Assembly (NCBI GenBank): GCA_043228905.1
Contig: JBHGNT010000011.1
Location: 9,300,001-9,364,000, forward strand
Origin: Azolla caroliniana
Lineage: Eukaryota; Plantae; Polypodiophyta
Direction: 5' to 3'
Length of the DNA: 64,000 bases
Positions 1 through 11,899 of the stretch are shown here, in pieces (position 1 is the stretch's first letter; each line of letters begins with the position of its first letter). A program made the translations under genes and the position numbers. The notes under the pieces were generated by a model. That model did not search any database. It saw only the letters and a list, made by a program, of their open reading frames with translations, and was not told the origin of the DNA.

Positions 1-1891
1 AACATTTCGTCGAAGTTGACATGGGATTTCGATAAGAATATGGCATCGACTTCGACGAAATCTTTTCACCAGTGGTGAAATTGACGACCCTTCGTCTCAT
101 GCTCGGCTTCGTGGCCATCGACAACTTGGAGCTAATTCAGCTAGATGTAAAAACGGCATTCCTCCACGGTGACCTATAGGAGGAAATCTATATGGAGCAG
201 CCGAAAGGCTTTGTGGCATCTGGCCAAGAACCTCTAGTCTGCTGACTCAGGAAGAGTCTCTACGGTCTGAAACAGGCACCCCGACAGTTGTACAAGAAGT
301 TCGACGACTTCATCCAATTGGTCGGCTTCTCAAAGAGCAATGAGGACCACTGTCTCTTCACCAAAATAGCTCAAGACGGGTCTCCCGTCTTCCTCATCAT
401 CTACATCGATGACATGCTACTCTTCGGTCGGCATGCCGGAGAGCTCACCGAACTCGTTCGAAATTGCGGTTGAAGTTTGCCATGAAGGACCTCGGTCCGG
501 CAAGACACATACTTGGTATGAAGATTAGTTGGCATCGCGATAAACGACAACTTTTCTTGTCTCAAACCGACTACATCGGACGTGTCTTGGAACGCATCAA
601 CATGCACTTGGCCAAGTTTTCTTCGACCCCGCTCCCCATTAACCTTCGGTTGTCTCAACGAGACTACCCGACATCCGGTCTGGAGGGGGCAGATATGAAG
701 TCCGTACCGTATGCACCGGCAGTCGGCTCCCTTATGAACGCGATGGTCGCGACATAGCCTGATATTTCTCACGCCGTAGGAGTCATCAACAGATTCATGC
801 ACAACCCAGGCCGATCACACTAGGATGCAATCAAGCATGTGTTCAGATATCTATCTGGCACAAAAGACCACGACATTCTTTTTGGCCCAAACTCAACCTC
901 AAGCGTAGTCGTTTACACCGACTCGGACTTCGCCGACTGCGTGGACAGTTGGAAATCAACAACTAGTTACTGTTTCAAATTTGGCAATGGAGCAATCTCG
1001 TGGAAGTCCAAACTTCAGGAGTGCACAACTACCTCAACGACCGAAGCGGAATATATAGTTGCGTCCGATGCAGCAAAAGAAGCTTTATGGCTCGGTCGGC
1101 TGACGCACACGTTTCGACAGGTCGACTCCGACTTGGCTCCAGTTGTCTATAGTGACAATCAGGGTGTTGTTGCTTTGTCAAAGAATCCGGTTCACCACAA
1201 CACCTCCAAGCATATCGACGTTTGATATCACTTCGTTCGGGGCTGTGTCATTTTAGGGAAAATCGATCTAGAGAAGATATCCACAACCGATAATGTCGCA
1301 GATGGAATGACCAAGTGTCTTTCGGCGGATCGTTTCCGGTCCCATCGGCATCAGATGGGCGTAACGAAAAATTGGTCCGGTTAAAGTCGGACACACAGCA
1401 CATGATGGTTTCGGACCACCGACATCGGTTCTTTGATGATCGACTTCAGCTCTTCCGACCCGACCAATTGAGTCTTTTGTCTTCGGATCTTGCCGACTCT
1501 AACAAAACTGATCTATCAGATAAACCTTGTATATACCTGTAATTTTTTAGATAATCCATTTATACGCCCATTACGGGGGAGTGTCGAATACGAGTGTATA
1601 ATGGCCGTATTCACACTCTCCCTTTGGACAATCCAAGTTCGGGCTATTTCTGTAAATAGCATAAAAGGAAGTTACCCTAGGACAGTCACTATATAAAGTG
1701 ACTTTGTAACCTTTAGTAAAGGTTGGTTGTCATTCTTTGTAACAATTGCGATTGGAATAACATCTATATTTTGTGCCTATCTCTGTGTGTGTGTGTGTGT
1801 GTGCGTGTCTATCTTGCTTATGTGCATACACAGGTTCTTCTTCATCACAAATGTTGCTTGCACTTCCGCATTGACGACCTTGTCCCCAACA
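1..1891 (+). mobile_element. Ty1/copia LTR retrotransposon, 3' part (degenerate RT/RNase H, PPT, 3' LTR); related to the intact element at 55596-60962
   Basis: Broken ORFs with [35 protein letters not shown] and SKHIDV; PPT GGGGGAG 1575-1581; LTR TGTCGAATAC...CCCCAACA 1582-1891 whose ends match the intact copy's LTR. Inserted into the gypsy region that follows. Confidence 0.93.
1582..1891 (+). repeat. 3' LTR of copia element
   Basis: TG...CA termini, TATATAAA at ~1690, (TG)n tract; ends homologous to the LTR at 55596-55874. Confidence 0.85.
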
Positions 1892-2981
1892 AGAAGGTCG
1901 GGAATTGGGAAGAAGATGATCGAGGGTTCAGAACGAGTCTGGTGGGATCGGCATCAGACCCGAAACTCCGGACATTGGAGAATCAAGCCCAGGTGGGCTT
2001 GATCGATCATAGAGCGGACGCTTTCCACCGACAATGCTAATAGGGTCGGCGGCTTGGGACAAAAGGGGAGAGTCGGGAACTGACCTGGCCGGAAGGCAAT
2101 GAGGGCTGTGGAAGAAGAGAGAAGGAAGACCGGTCCTATGGGTCACATCACACCGGGCTAGAGACTTCGGCGGTCGGCATCTGATCCGACGTACGACCAA
2201 GATACTGACGGTAGCGGCAGGAGAATGGGACCTGACAATGCGGAGTGACAGACAGACCCGGACGAGAACGGGGCGGAGCGTACTTCCGGATAAATGACCC
2301 GGAAGGGAGAAAGAAGCAGGCCTACGGGGAGGCTGAGAACATAGTACATCGGTACCACAGGAGGGGGTGTGGAGTGAGCCACCCTCTCGGCACGAAGAGC
2401 AGGAAAACTCGGGACAGGGTTGGGAAGACAAATCACGGGGGCAAAGGAGGATCCTTCACACCGGATCTAGAGACTTTGGCAGTCGGTAGTGGAGCCGACA
2501 TAAGACCAAGAGACTAACGGTGGCGGCGAGGGGACGGGGGCAAAGGCAACAGATAGGCGATCCTATGGCGATCCTCACACCGATTCGGAGACTCCGACGG
2601 TTGGCCCGAGAGTCGGCGTAAGATCTAGAGAGATGGACGGTGGCGGCAGGTGAACGGGATCCCGAGATACAGCGTAGAAGTGCGGATAGGCGATACTACG
2701 GAGATCCTGACACCGATCTGGAGACTCCAGTGGTCGGCCTGAGAGCCGACGTGAGACCTAGAGAGATGGATGGTGGTGGCAAGTGAACGAGATCAGACAA
2801 AGCAAGGGCCGAAAGAGTGGAAAGAGGTATCAAGTCGGCGACTCGGCCACGAACCGGATATGGACTCCGAGTCGATGACCCAACAAATCAGAGGCCCAAG
2901 AAGAATCCTTCACAGTGGATCTAGAGACTTCGGCGGTCGGCATCGGGTCCGACGTAAGACCAAGAGACTAACGGTGGCGGC

Positions 2982-3401
2982 TGACATGATATGGCAAAAC
3001 TCGAACCCATGACCTTATGGTATATGGGTCGAGCTCTTAACCATCACACCATCTATTGTAATTCATAAGATATTATTTTCATTTATGTTTTATTATAAGA
3101 AAATAATGTATATTCCAGATTTCTCTGGAACATTCTAGAAGTTTCAAGATTACTCCTGACAACACTATAAAAGAAGGCACTAGGCATTATGTTGAACCAA
3201 ATAGGTTCAACACCACTCTTAAGCCTCTCAGCCGCTTGCACTTATCTTTTCACATAATATATTAGTTGCTGTCATCATTTTTCTCTCTCTCCTCTTCTCA
3301 CTTCCTCTCTCGGGAATCTTACGCAGTCCCGTCCTCTTAGTACTAATAGTACTTCTCTTCTTAGTACTAATTCCATCTCTGCTTTAGTACTATTCCTGAC
3401 A
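2982..3401 (+). repeat. 5' LTR of chromovirus
   Basis: Direct repeat of 8177-8590; TATAAAA at 3166-3172. Confidence 0.95.
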
Positions 3402-3445
3402 GTTTGAACCAATTTTTCCTTTCCTCCTACCCTTTTCCCTATACT

Positions 3446-4593
3446 ATGGCTACTGTTAGCGCCCAAGAATATTTCTCCGAGTTACAGTGCCTAAAAGAAA
3501 AGTTTGTTGCTCTGGAACAAGAAAACCAACGGTTGATAGGGGATCTGCAACAAATCTCTCTCGAAAAACAACAAACGCAACAACAACATGGGGAGTTAGC
3601 ATTACGGGTACAACAACTCGAAGCAGCATTGCAACAACAAGGTTCAAGTCCCCAAGGATTTCATAAAGAGCCCAAGATTGGACTTCCTGTGAAATTTGAT
3701 GGAACGCGATCGCAATTCCGGGGATTCCTTAATCAGGTACGCTTAGTCATCCAGATGCATCCTTCCCGATATCCCACTGATGCATCTCGAGTCGGCCTAA
3801 TAGGCACGTTACTTAGCGGCTCAGCCTTGGCACGGTTCGCTCCGCTTCTAGAAAAACAATCACCCTTGCTTAATAACTTTGAAGATTTTATTGGTGATTT
3901 TAAGCCTGCTTTGGAGATACCGACAGCATCAGGACGACTATCAACAAGATCCAAAGATTGCGTCAAGGCGATCGTCCAGCCTATGCCTACGCGGCGGATT
4001 TCCGTCTACTCGCCTCAGATATTCCCTGGGATGATCAGGCCCTCATGGGTCAGTTTCGCTATGGCTTGCGCAATGATGTCAAAGATCTGCTTTTAACCTT
4101 CCCCGAAGAACCAAAGTCTCTTACGGAGGCAATCAGTCGAGTGGTTCGATGCGACAACCGCCTTTTCGAACGGCGTTCGGAGCGTCAGTTACAAATACCA
4201 CGCTCTCGGCCGGAACCCACATACGCCTCAGTCATGGCTAAACCGTTTGCACGCGATGTACCTCAAGCCAATATTCCGACACCGATGGAGATCGACACCA
4301 TGCGTTGACGCGGCCCATTATCGGAAGAAGAAAAGCAACGACGACGTGCCAATCGATTATGTCCTTATTGCGGTGGACCAGGGCATATCGCCATCAATTT
4401 TCCCCATAGGCCAAGAAGACAGGTAAATCAAATCGTCGCTTGTACTAAACCCGAGTCAATTCTTCCCTTCGGAGTGTCGAATAGTATTAATAGTACTAAT
4501 AGAGTGACAGATAGTATTCATAGTACTAATAGCCCAAGTATCTCAAACAAATTTGAAATCCTTAGTCAATTAGATGAAGAGTTAAACGATTGA
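3446..4593 (+). pseudogene. gag: gag (coiled-coil N-terminus, PEG10/Tf1-like capsid, mutated zinc knuckle)
   Basis: KIGLPVKFDGTRSQFRGFLNQVRL; QGDRPAYAYAADFRLLA; PTPMEID; CPYCGGPGH knuckle; frameshift near 3910 and an in-frame stop at 4306. Confidence 0.88.
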
Positions 4594-7500
4594 GTCCAAC
4601 CAAAATAGGAGCCGTTTGGTTGGACAACAGCCCTAGATCTGTACAGCCCATTAGTGGTTCCATTCCTTCCAAGCAAGTTAGCAATGTGTTCCTAGCCCAA
4701 GTCATTGTTAGTACTAAAAGTACTCCCCCAGTACCCGTCCTAGCACTCTTAGATTCCGGAGCTAATTCCTGTTTCATGGATCGAAATTTTGCCCAAGCTT
4801 CTCAGATATCCCTAAGAAAACTTCCTTGTCCCGCATCTATAGTAGTCATTGATGGTCGTCCCATTGCTTCCGGGAATATTGTAGAAGAATCAGAACCCAT
4901 TCAAGTTGTCCTAGGTAGTTTTGTGTGTGTAATATCATTTAATATAATTAGTAGTCCAGAGCATCCCATTGTCCTAGGATTACCTTGGTTTGAATTACAT
5001 AATCCAACCATAGATTGGAGAACAAGAGAAGTCCGATATCGACCACCCCAAGAATCTACTCACCGAGTTTCGACCATTTCACTCCATCAATTACGCGAAG
5101 AAGGACACAAGGAGGCAATGTTCCTATTTGCAATATCAGTACATCCTTCCATTACTATTAAGAAGGACTCCTCAGTACAACTTCCGGAAAAATATCATCC
5201 TTATGCCGATGTATTTGACAAGGTAAAAGCCGGTACCCTTCCTCATCACCGTCCCTATGATTGTCCCACCGATTTACAACCAGGAACCGAGCCACCATGG
5301 GGACCAATTTACAACTTGTCACCCACCGAGTTAGAAGTCCTTCGAGCCTACATCGAGGAGAACTTGGCAAGCGGGTTCATCCGTCATTCGAAATCTCCCG
5401 CCAGTGCACCCATCTTCTTTGTCAAGAAGAAAGATGGCTCAAGTCTTCGTCTCGTCGTTGATTACCGCGGATTGAATAAGGTCACCATCTGGAATAGGTA
5501 TGCACTTCCTCTTATATCAAGTCTTTTAGAGCAAGTTAATGGTGCCAAGTTTTTTACCAAAATCGATCTACGAGGAGCGTATAACCTCGTGCGGATCCGA
5601 CCGGGAGATGAATGGAAGACCGCCTTTCGCACGCAGTATGGGCATTTCAAGTATACTGTTATGCCGTTCGGCCTAACCAATGCACCCGCAGTCTTCCAAC
5701 ACATGGCAAATGATATATTCAGAGACCTCTTGGATATCTGTTTGATCATCTATCTTGATGATCTATTGATTTATTCGAAGACCCAGCAAGAGCACAATTC
5801 TCATGTACTATTAGTACTAAAGCGACTCCGCGAGAATGGTCTTTATGCCAAGCTAGAAAAATGTAGCTTTGACTGCAAGCAAGTGGAATTTCTAGGCTAC
5901 GTCATCTCCTCAAAGGGTATCGCCATGGATCCAGCTAAAGTCCAAACTGTACTAGAGTGGCAAATTCCACGGTCGGTACGAGATGTACAATGTTTTCTAG
6001 GTTTTGCTAACTTCTACCGTAAGTTTATACAGGATTACTCGAAGATTATCTTACCCCTCACACAACTTACGAAGAAGGGCCAAGCATTTCTTTGGTCCAT
6101 TGAAGCAGATATAGCTTTTCGGCATCTTAAGAAAGCCTTTACATCAACACCGATTCTCGCTCATGTGGATACTAGCAAACCATTCATCATGGAGGCCGAT
6201 GCTTCAGATTTCGCCCTCGGTAGCATCCTTTCTCAACAAGGAGATAAAGAAGAGTTGCATCCGGTGGCTTTCCATTCGTGCAAATTCGATGTTGCGGAAA
6301 TGAACTACGAAATACATGACAAGGAGTTATTAGCCATCGTGGATTCATTTGTGCAATGGCGGCATTTCTTAGAGTGCTTTCCACATCAGGTCATTGTCTT
6401 TAGTGATCATAAAAATCTTGCTTATTTCCAGAACGCTCGTGTACTAAATCGACGGCAAGCTCGGTGGACGCAATTCCTCACGCGTTTCGACTTCAAAATC
6501 ATATATCGACCGGGGAAGCAGCAAGGAAAAGCAGATGCACTATCACAACGTTCATATCTTGCACCTCATCCTGGTGATCCAACATTTGATAATCAAAAGC
6601 AAGTAATCTTGGGACCAACACGATTGCACACAACGCGGATTTTTCACACCCCGATGGATTCACGGATTACCGATGACATACGTGCAAACTTGAAGACGGA
6701 TTGTTTTGCTGAAGACATCCTGGCGCACATTGATACTTCTCGGGCATCCTGTTCTCAGTCTCAACAACCAGGTATTGACTACCGACAATTCGAATATCAT
6801 GATGGTTTGTTATTCTTTAAAAAACGCGTATATGTCCCCTATTGCTCCTGTCGCCTTCAAATCATCCAGCATTGTCACGACACCCATACAATGGGACATT
6901 TCGCTAGTACTAAGACGTTGGAGCTAGTGCATCGATCTTTTTGGTGGCCCCACATGCGCCATTTTGTCGACGACTACATTCGGACCTGTGATGCTTGCTG
7001 CCGAGCAAAGATGCCACGACACCATCCATATGGCTTGTTGGAACCCTTACCGATTCCAAGTAAGCCGTGGCAGTCTATTTGTCTTGATTTTATCACAGAT
7101 CTGCCGGTCTCGCAGGGGTTCGACGCTATCTGAACCGTCGTCGATCGATATACGAAGATGGCACATTTTGTTCCATGTACTAAGGCCATCACTAGCGAGG
7201 AAACCGCCGCCCTAGTCATGCGTGAGGTATTTCGGCATCATGGCCTCCTAGATAGTATCATCAGTGACCGAGGACGGCAATTTGTCTCCAAATTTTGGCA
7301 GCATCTCTTCAAGATGCTCAAGGTCTCTTGCAACCTCTCCTCCGGCTACCATCCTCAGACCGATGGGCAGGCAGAACGAACAAACCAAACGCTGGAGCAA
7401 TATCTCCGGTGTTTCCTGAGTTATCAACAGGACGATTGGGCCGAGATTCTCCACTTTGCGGAGTTTGCGTATAATAATGTTGTTCACTCCTCGACTCAAG

Positions 7501-8165
7501 TCTCCCCATTCTACGCTTATACCGGTTCTCATCCTCGCTGGTCGGTGATCGACACCCCGGAGCTACCTACCAATCCTCGTGCCGGGGATCATTTGGAGCG
7601 ACTACGCAAGATCCAGATAGATCTCTCGACTCATCTTCGTCATGCTCAATAGACACAGAAGACTTACGCGGATCGTCATCGGTTTCCTTCCTCTTTTGCC
7701 ATCGGAGATCGAGTATGGCTCTTACGTCATCACATCAAGACTACTCGACCGTGCGACAAGTTGGATTATCGATGACTCGGTCCTTTCCGTATTACGGGTA
7801 AAGTTAATGATGTCACATTCCGCCTTGATCTCCCTCCGCAGCTTCAGATACATCCGGTTTTCCATTGTTCTCTTCTTGAACCTTATAAAGTAAACACCAT
7901 TCCCGATCGTGTTACACCACCGCCGCCCCCGTTGGAGTTGGATGCCGGCCCAGAGTATGAAGTTGCTGCCGTCCTCGATTCCAAACTTATTCGCAACAAA
8001 CTTTATTATTTGGTCGATTGGGTTGGTTATAGTCCGAGCTAACGCACTTGGGAACCCGTCGAGCATGTTGCCAATGCTCAGGATCTGCTTGCTGATTTCC
8101 ACCGAAAATATCTAGACAAACCCGGTCCGCAATCAGCGCCGACTCGTTCCACTCGTCGTCTTTAA
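4590..8165 (+). pseudogene. pol: pol: protease-RT-RNase H-integrase-chromodomain, with nonsense mutations
   Basis: ORFs 4590-7133 and 7158-7652 in the same frame; GPF motif; chromodomain EYEVAAVLDSKLIRNKLYYLVDWVGYSPS*RTWEPVEHVANAQDLLADFH at ~7953-8105. Confidence 0.93.
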
Positions 8166-8176
8166 GGGGGAGATAG

Positions 8177-8590
8177 TGTCATGATATGGCAAGACTCGAA
8201 CCCATGACCTTATGGTATATGGGTCGAGCTCTTAACCATCACACCATCTATTGTAATTCATAGGATATTATTTATGTTTTATTATAAGAAAGTAATGTAT
8301 ATTCCAGATTTCTTTGGAACATTCTAGAAGTTTCAGGATTACTCCTGACAACACTATAAAAGAAGGCACTAGGCATTATGTTGAACCAAATTGGTTCAAC
8401 GCCAGTCTTAAGCCTCTCAGCCGCTTGTACTTATCTTTTCACATAATATATTAGTTGTTGTCATCATTTTTCTCTCTCTCCTCTTCTCACTTCCTCTCTC
8501 GGGAATCTTACGCAGTCCCGTCCTCTTAGTACTAATAGTACTTCTCTTCTTAGTACTAACTCCATCTATGCTTTAGTACTATTCCTGACA
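8177..8590 (+). repeat. 3' LTR of chromovirus
   Basis: TGTCATG...CCTGACA directly after the PPT. Confidence 0.95.
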
Positions 8591-9739
8591 GTGGCAAGGG
8601 GACGAAGGCGGCAACAACAAAAGCACCGAATAACCAAGGCGTCACGGGAACAAAGGAGGCCATGTGGGCCAGAACACGGTGAAGGAGATCTTCCGGTAAG
8701 CTGTTGGGGACACCCAGTCTCGGGAGTGGTGCGCCAAGCCGGAAAGGGCTCACCCGAAAGCGGATCGGAAGACGTGCGTGTGGCCATCAAGGGCCAAAGC
8801 AAAGCATGGGTACAGGACGACGTTAGGCATAGGCGACACGTAACAGATTGCACGGATTGGAGCCCGGAAACAGGATCGAGGGCCGGAGAAGGATCCTCCA
8901 CACCCGCTTCGGAGATCCCGGTGGCTCAATCTGAGTGGCAAGGACTGGCGTGGCAAGCCAAACCCGAGGTAACAAGCAAGGGGAAGATGCCAAGCGGAAG
9001 GCTCCGAACCGGTGGCAGCAGCGCAAGAAAAAAGAGGCCAAGCGAGCTACTACGGGGCGTTCCTCGGACGCGAAGGACACCGGGTATATGAGTGAAACAA
9101 AGGAGCACGATCTGGCCGCGCGAGGGACGACGACGCGTGCATGGGAAGTAACCGTAGTTGGGCACGGGTGGTGCCGAACACGAGAAGGGGATGCACGACG
9201 CATGGAAGTGCCAGAGTAGGAATACTGGCATGAAGATGGGGTGCCGGTCCAGGTGATCTCGCGTAGAAGGCCGGAGAAGTATCCTCCACACTAGTTCTAG
9301 AGACCTTGGAAGTTCGGCCGCCGTGGCAACGTAAGACCGAGGAGAAGGTAGGTGGTGGCAAGGGGACGAAGGCGGTGAAGCTTAGTGCGGAACGAGAATC
9401 GGGATGACGCAAAGGTCGACAGAGGCCAAGCGGGCCATCATGGGTGCTCCTCGGACGAAAGACACCGCATGTCCAAACGAACGAGAAATGCGGTTGACAG
9501 AAGGGCCAACGGGGAAGCACACACACTACGAGATCGCGGCGAATGACCTGTCGACTGGTCGAACAAGCCTACGGGGAGGCAAATGCGGAGAAGGGACCAG
9601 AGCCGACGGTTCGGACTGGCGAGGCTAACGTGGTAGCCGAAATGCGGATTATGGAAGACCAGTTCCTCACCGGCCGGAATCTCTCACCCTTCTTCGAACA
9701 CCGCACATACCGGTGGATGTGCGGTTTGGTGGGGGCGTA

Positions 9740-10657
9740 TGTCGTGAAGATTCCGGCCCATGGTGAGAAACTGGGGAATATTATAAGAATCGGCGGGGTG
9801 GAGCATGTGCACTCACCCTTGTACAAATTGTGTAATGATAGAGACACCATTATGGCGCCGTAAAGTAGTTAATTCGGGACAGAGGATCCCATGTAATAAG
9901 GGATTTATCCCACATTGTTACTCATCCCTCTCCTTGTTCTATAAAAGGAAGGGAGCGCCCCTTGTAAAGGGGTTGCCCATTTTGAGTTAGGAGGGTATAC
10001 TGTTAGGTTTAGGGTTCGGTAGTTCTTGGCCTTCATCTTTCTCTTATTCCCTTAGGGTTTGTGCTTTGGTCTTTCACCCTATTTTGTTTAGGGTTTTATC
10101 TTGATAGCTTTCTTCTTCTTCTTACTTTCTTGTTTTTGGTTAGGGTTCTTTGACTTCTTCTTCTCCTTCGTGTCTGTTTAGGGTTGAGTCCGATGGAGAG
10201 CTTGTATATCATGTGGGGGTTTGATTCTGCTCAGTCTCTTGTGCAAGACCCCGCTTAGTGCGACAAGCCCAAGAGCTCCCCGATCGGCGGCTTGGCAGCT
10301 GACTGATGTTGTGACATAACCTACCTCAGTCCGGCTCGAAGCCGGAGTTGTATCTTGCTCTTGTAATTATATATATAAAAGGTTGTGCATATTTGTGTCT
10401 CTAATGGTGTTGGGTGTGTTTCTTTCCCTTCGTTTCCTATACATAAGAGGCATGCGTTGAGTTAGTGTTGCGCGCGTCGTCTCTCTCTCTCTCCCTCTGT
10501 CGTGTTCGGTGGCCGCCGGTACCTGTCCGGAATCGCTCCGGTTTGCGCCACAACCAGTGCAGCCGGGACTGGAGAGAAGTCTCGACACCCATCTCTTCCT
10601 CGTCCGAGACCCCTGTGGTCCCGCCCCTTTTCGACACACTCGTGGAATACCGCGACA
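9740..10657 (+). repeat. 3' LTR (~918 bp) of Phygy-like element
   Basis: TG...CA ends, CTATAAAAGG TATA at ~9939, TTAGGGTT telobox-like motifs; ends homologous to LTR 22545-23069. Confidence 0.75.
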
Positions 10658-10814
10658 ACGGTATTTAACATATTTATTAAAAAACAGGTATAATACGTAT
10701 TTATAAAGAAAATTTAAGTAAAACCCTAACAAAAAGCAAAAGAAAAAAAAGATTTTAGTGAAAAAGAAGCCAAAGGAAGGAAGGAAGAAGAATAGAAGAG
10801 ATGATGATGAAGAA

Positions 10815-10845
<31 letters not shown>

Positions 10846-11376
10846 AAGAAGAAGAAGAGAGAAAAGAAGACATAAACCTGTCTTCACTCTGAGTGTGATA
10901 ATCACAGAAGATAGAAGAAGAAGAAGAAGAAAACGAAAAAAAGAGAAACCTATCATGAGTGTGATAATCATAGATGATTCCTCAATCTATGAAGGCATAA
11001 TTGTAAATAATTACAATTTGATGTAGAGCATCGTGATACATAGTTACACTGATTTATAGAATAAGGGAATGCCGACATCCATATTGCTACAAGTATTTTA
11101 AGATGTGAAATGCTCAAATGTCTTATATAACAAAATTGTGTAAACATAGATGTTTTTTACAATATTATAGATATTTTGTTAGAAAGGTAAATAATTTCAA
11201 ATTCAAGAAGTATTTAACGTACTATACGTCAAATATGTATTTTACGTATTTTATAAGTATTTAACATATTAAGAAAACGTATTTGACGTATTTTTAAATT
11301 GGGAGGTACTATACACGTATTAATACGTTATATACGTATGGTATCCGTACCGTACCTAAGATACCTAACAACCTTC
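10658..11376. mobile_element. Putative non-autonomous DNA transposon (hAT/MITE-like) remnant with a (GAA)n tract
   Basis: AT-rich; many TACGTA/ACGTAT motifs; subterminal CCGTACCGTACC; ends CAACCTT; GAA microsatellite at ~10790-10930. The other end is not visible. Confidence 0.4.
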
Positions 11377-11381
11377 CTCAT

Positions 11382-11819
11382 GAGGGGGTGTTGAGAATCA
11401 AGCTCAACCTAGTGCAACGTGTGAACACACCCTTTGAGAATCTATGATCACTCAAAGGTCAAGAGTCACACCACTACTCTTTACACATTAACTATGTGTC
11501 ATAGAATCATATTCTATGACACATAACTAATAAGTTCCATATTCCCCATGACCATGAGTCTTTACATTCCCCAAGAGAGAGTAGTTGTTGTAGTGAATTA
11601 ATGAAGAGAGAGGGTGACCTTATATAAAGCACCCTTCTCCTACTTCATACTAAGTCGGTTGTGACTCCTTGTAATGCTACATTTTGTATCTCATATTCTC
11701 CTTGTGAATATACACTTCTAATCTATATTGTGTTTTCTCTTCTCTTCTCTCTTTCCTCTCTCACATACACATAACAGACATCGTTTCCGCTGCACAAGAA
11801 TCATATCTGATTCTTTTCA
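11382..11819 (+). mobile_element. Copia-type LTR with preceding PPT (truncated element)
   Basis: GAGGGGG PPT, then TGTTGAGAAT... TATATAAA (~11620)... TTCCGC ...TTTTCA. Confidence 0.55.
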
Positions 11820-11899
11820 TGGGAAACCTTGCACGATAGAGATATCACTAAACACGAGTGCACTATGGAGTATATCGACTCAAATAAGAAGGCATTCTT

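Larger units (their letters stand above)
2982..8590 (+). mobile_element. Full-length chromoviral Ty3/gypsy (Tcn1/Tf1-sushi-like), mildly degenerate
   Basis: LTRs 2982-3401 and 8177-8590 (about a dozen substitutions plus a 6-bp indel by eye); TSD GCGGC/GTGGC; gag, protease LLDSGA, RT YLDD, RNase H, integrase and C-terminal chromodomain; PPT AAGGGGGAGATAG 8164-8176. Confidence 0.95.
1892..10657 (+). mobile_element. Phygy-like Ty3/gypsy element, 3' part with no pol visible in the window (GC-rich internal region plus 3' LTR), interrupted by the chromovirus at 2982-8590
   Basis: 3' end CCGGTGGATGTGCGGTTTGGTGGGGG followed by LTR TGTCGTGAAGAT (9740) ...CGCGACA (10657), the same signature as the elements at 12704, 18848 and 33778; internal ~60-bp repeats shared with two of them. 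The 5' end lies outside the window. Confidence 0.75.

Noticed and set aside
2140-2981. Hammerhead ribozyme/retrozyme in the hairpin repeat
   Set aside because: CTGGAGA/CTAGAGA is not the CTGANGA core, and no GAAA follows the stem.
2991-3053. Functional tRNA gene
   Set aside because: A/B boxes are present, but the acceptor, D and anticodon stems do not pair convincingly.
9995-10190. Interstitial telomere (TTTAGGG)
   Set aside because: Scattered single telobox motifs within an LTR, not a tandem array.
10367-10971. Poly-Ser/poly-Leu ORFs
   Set aside because: Translations of the GAA microsatellite.
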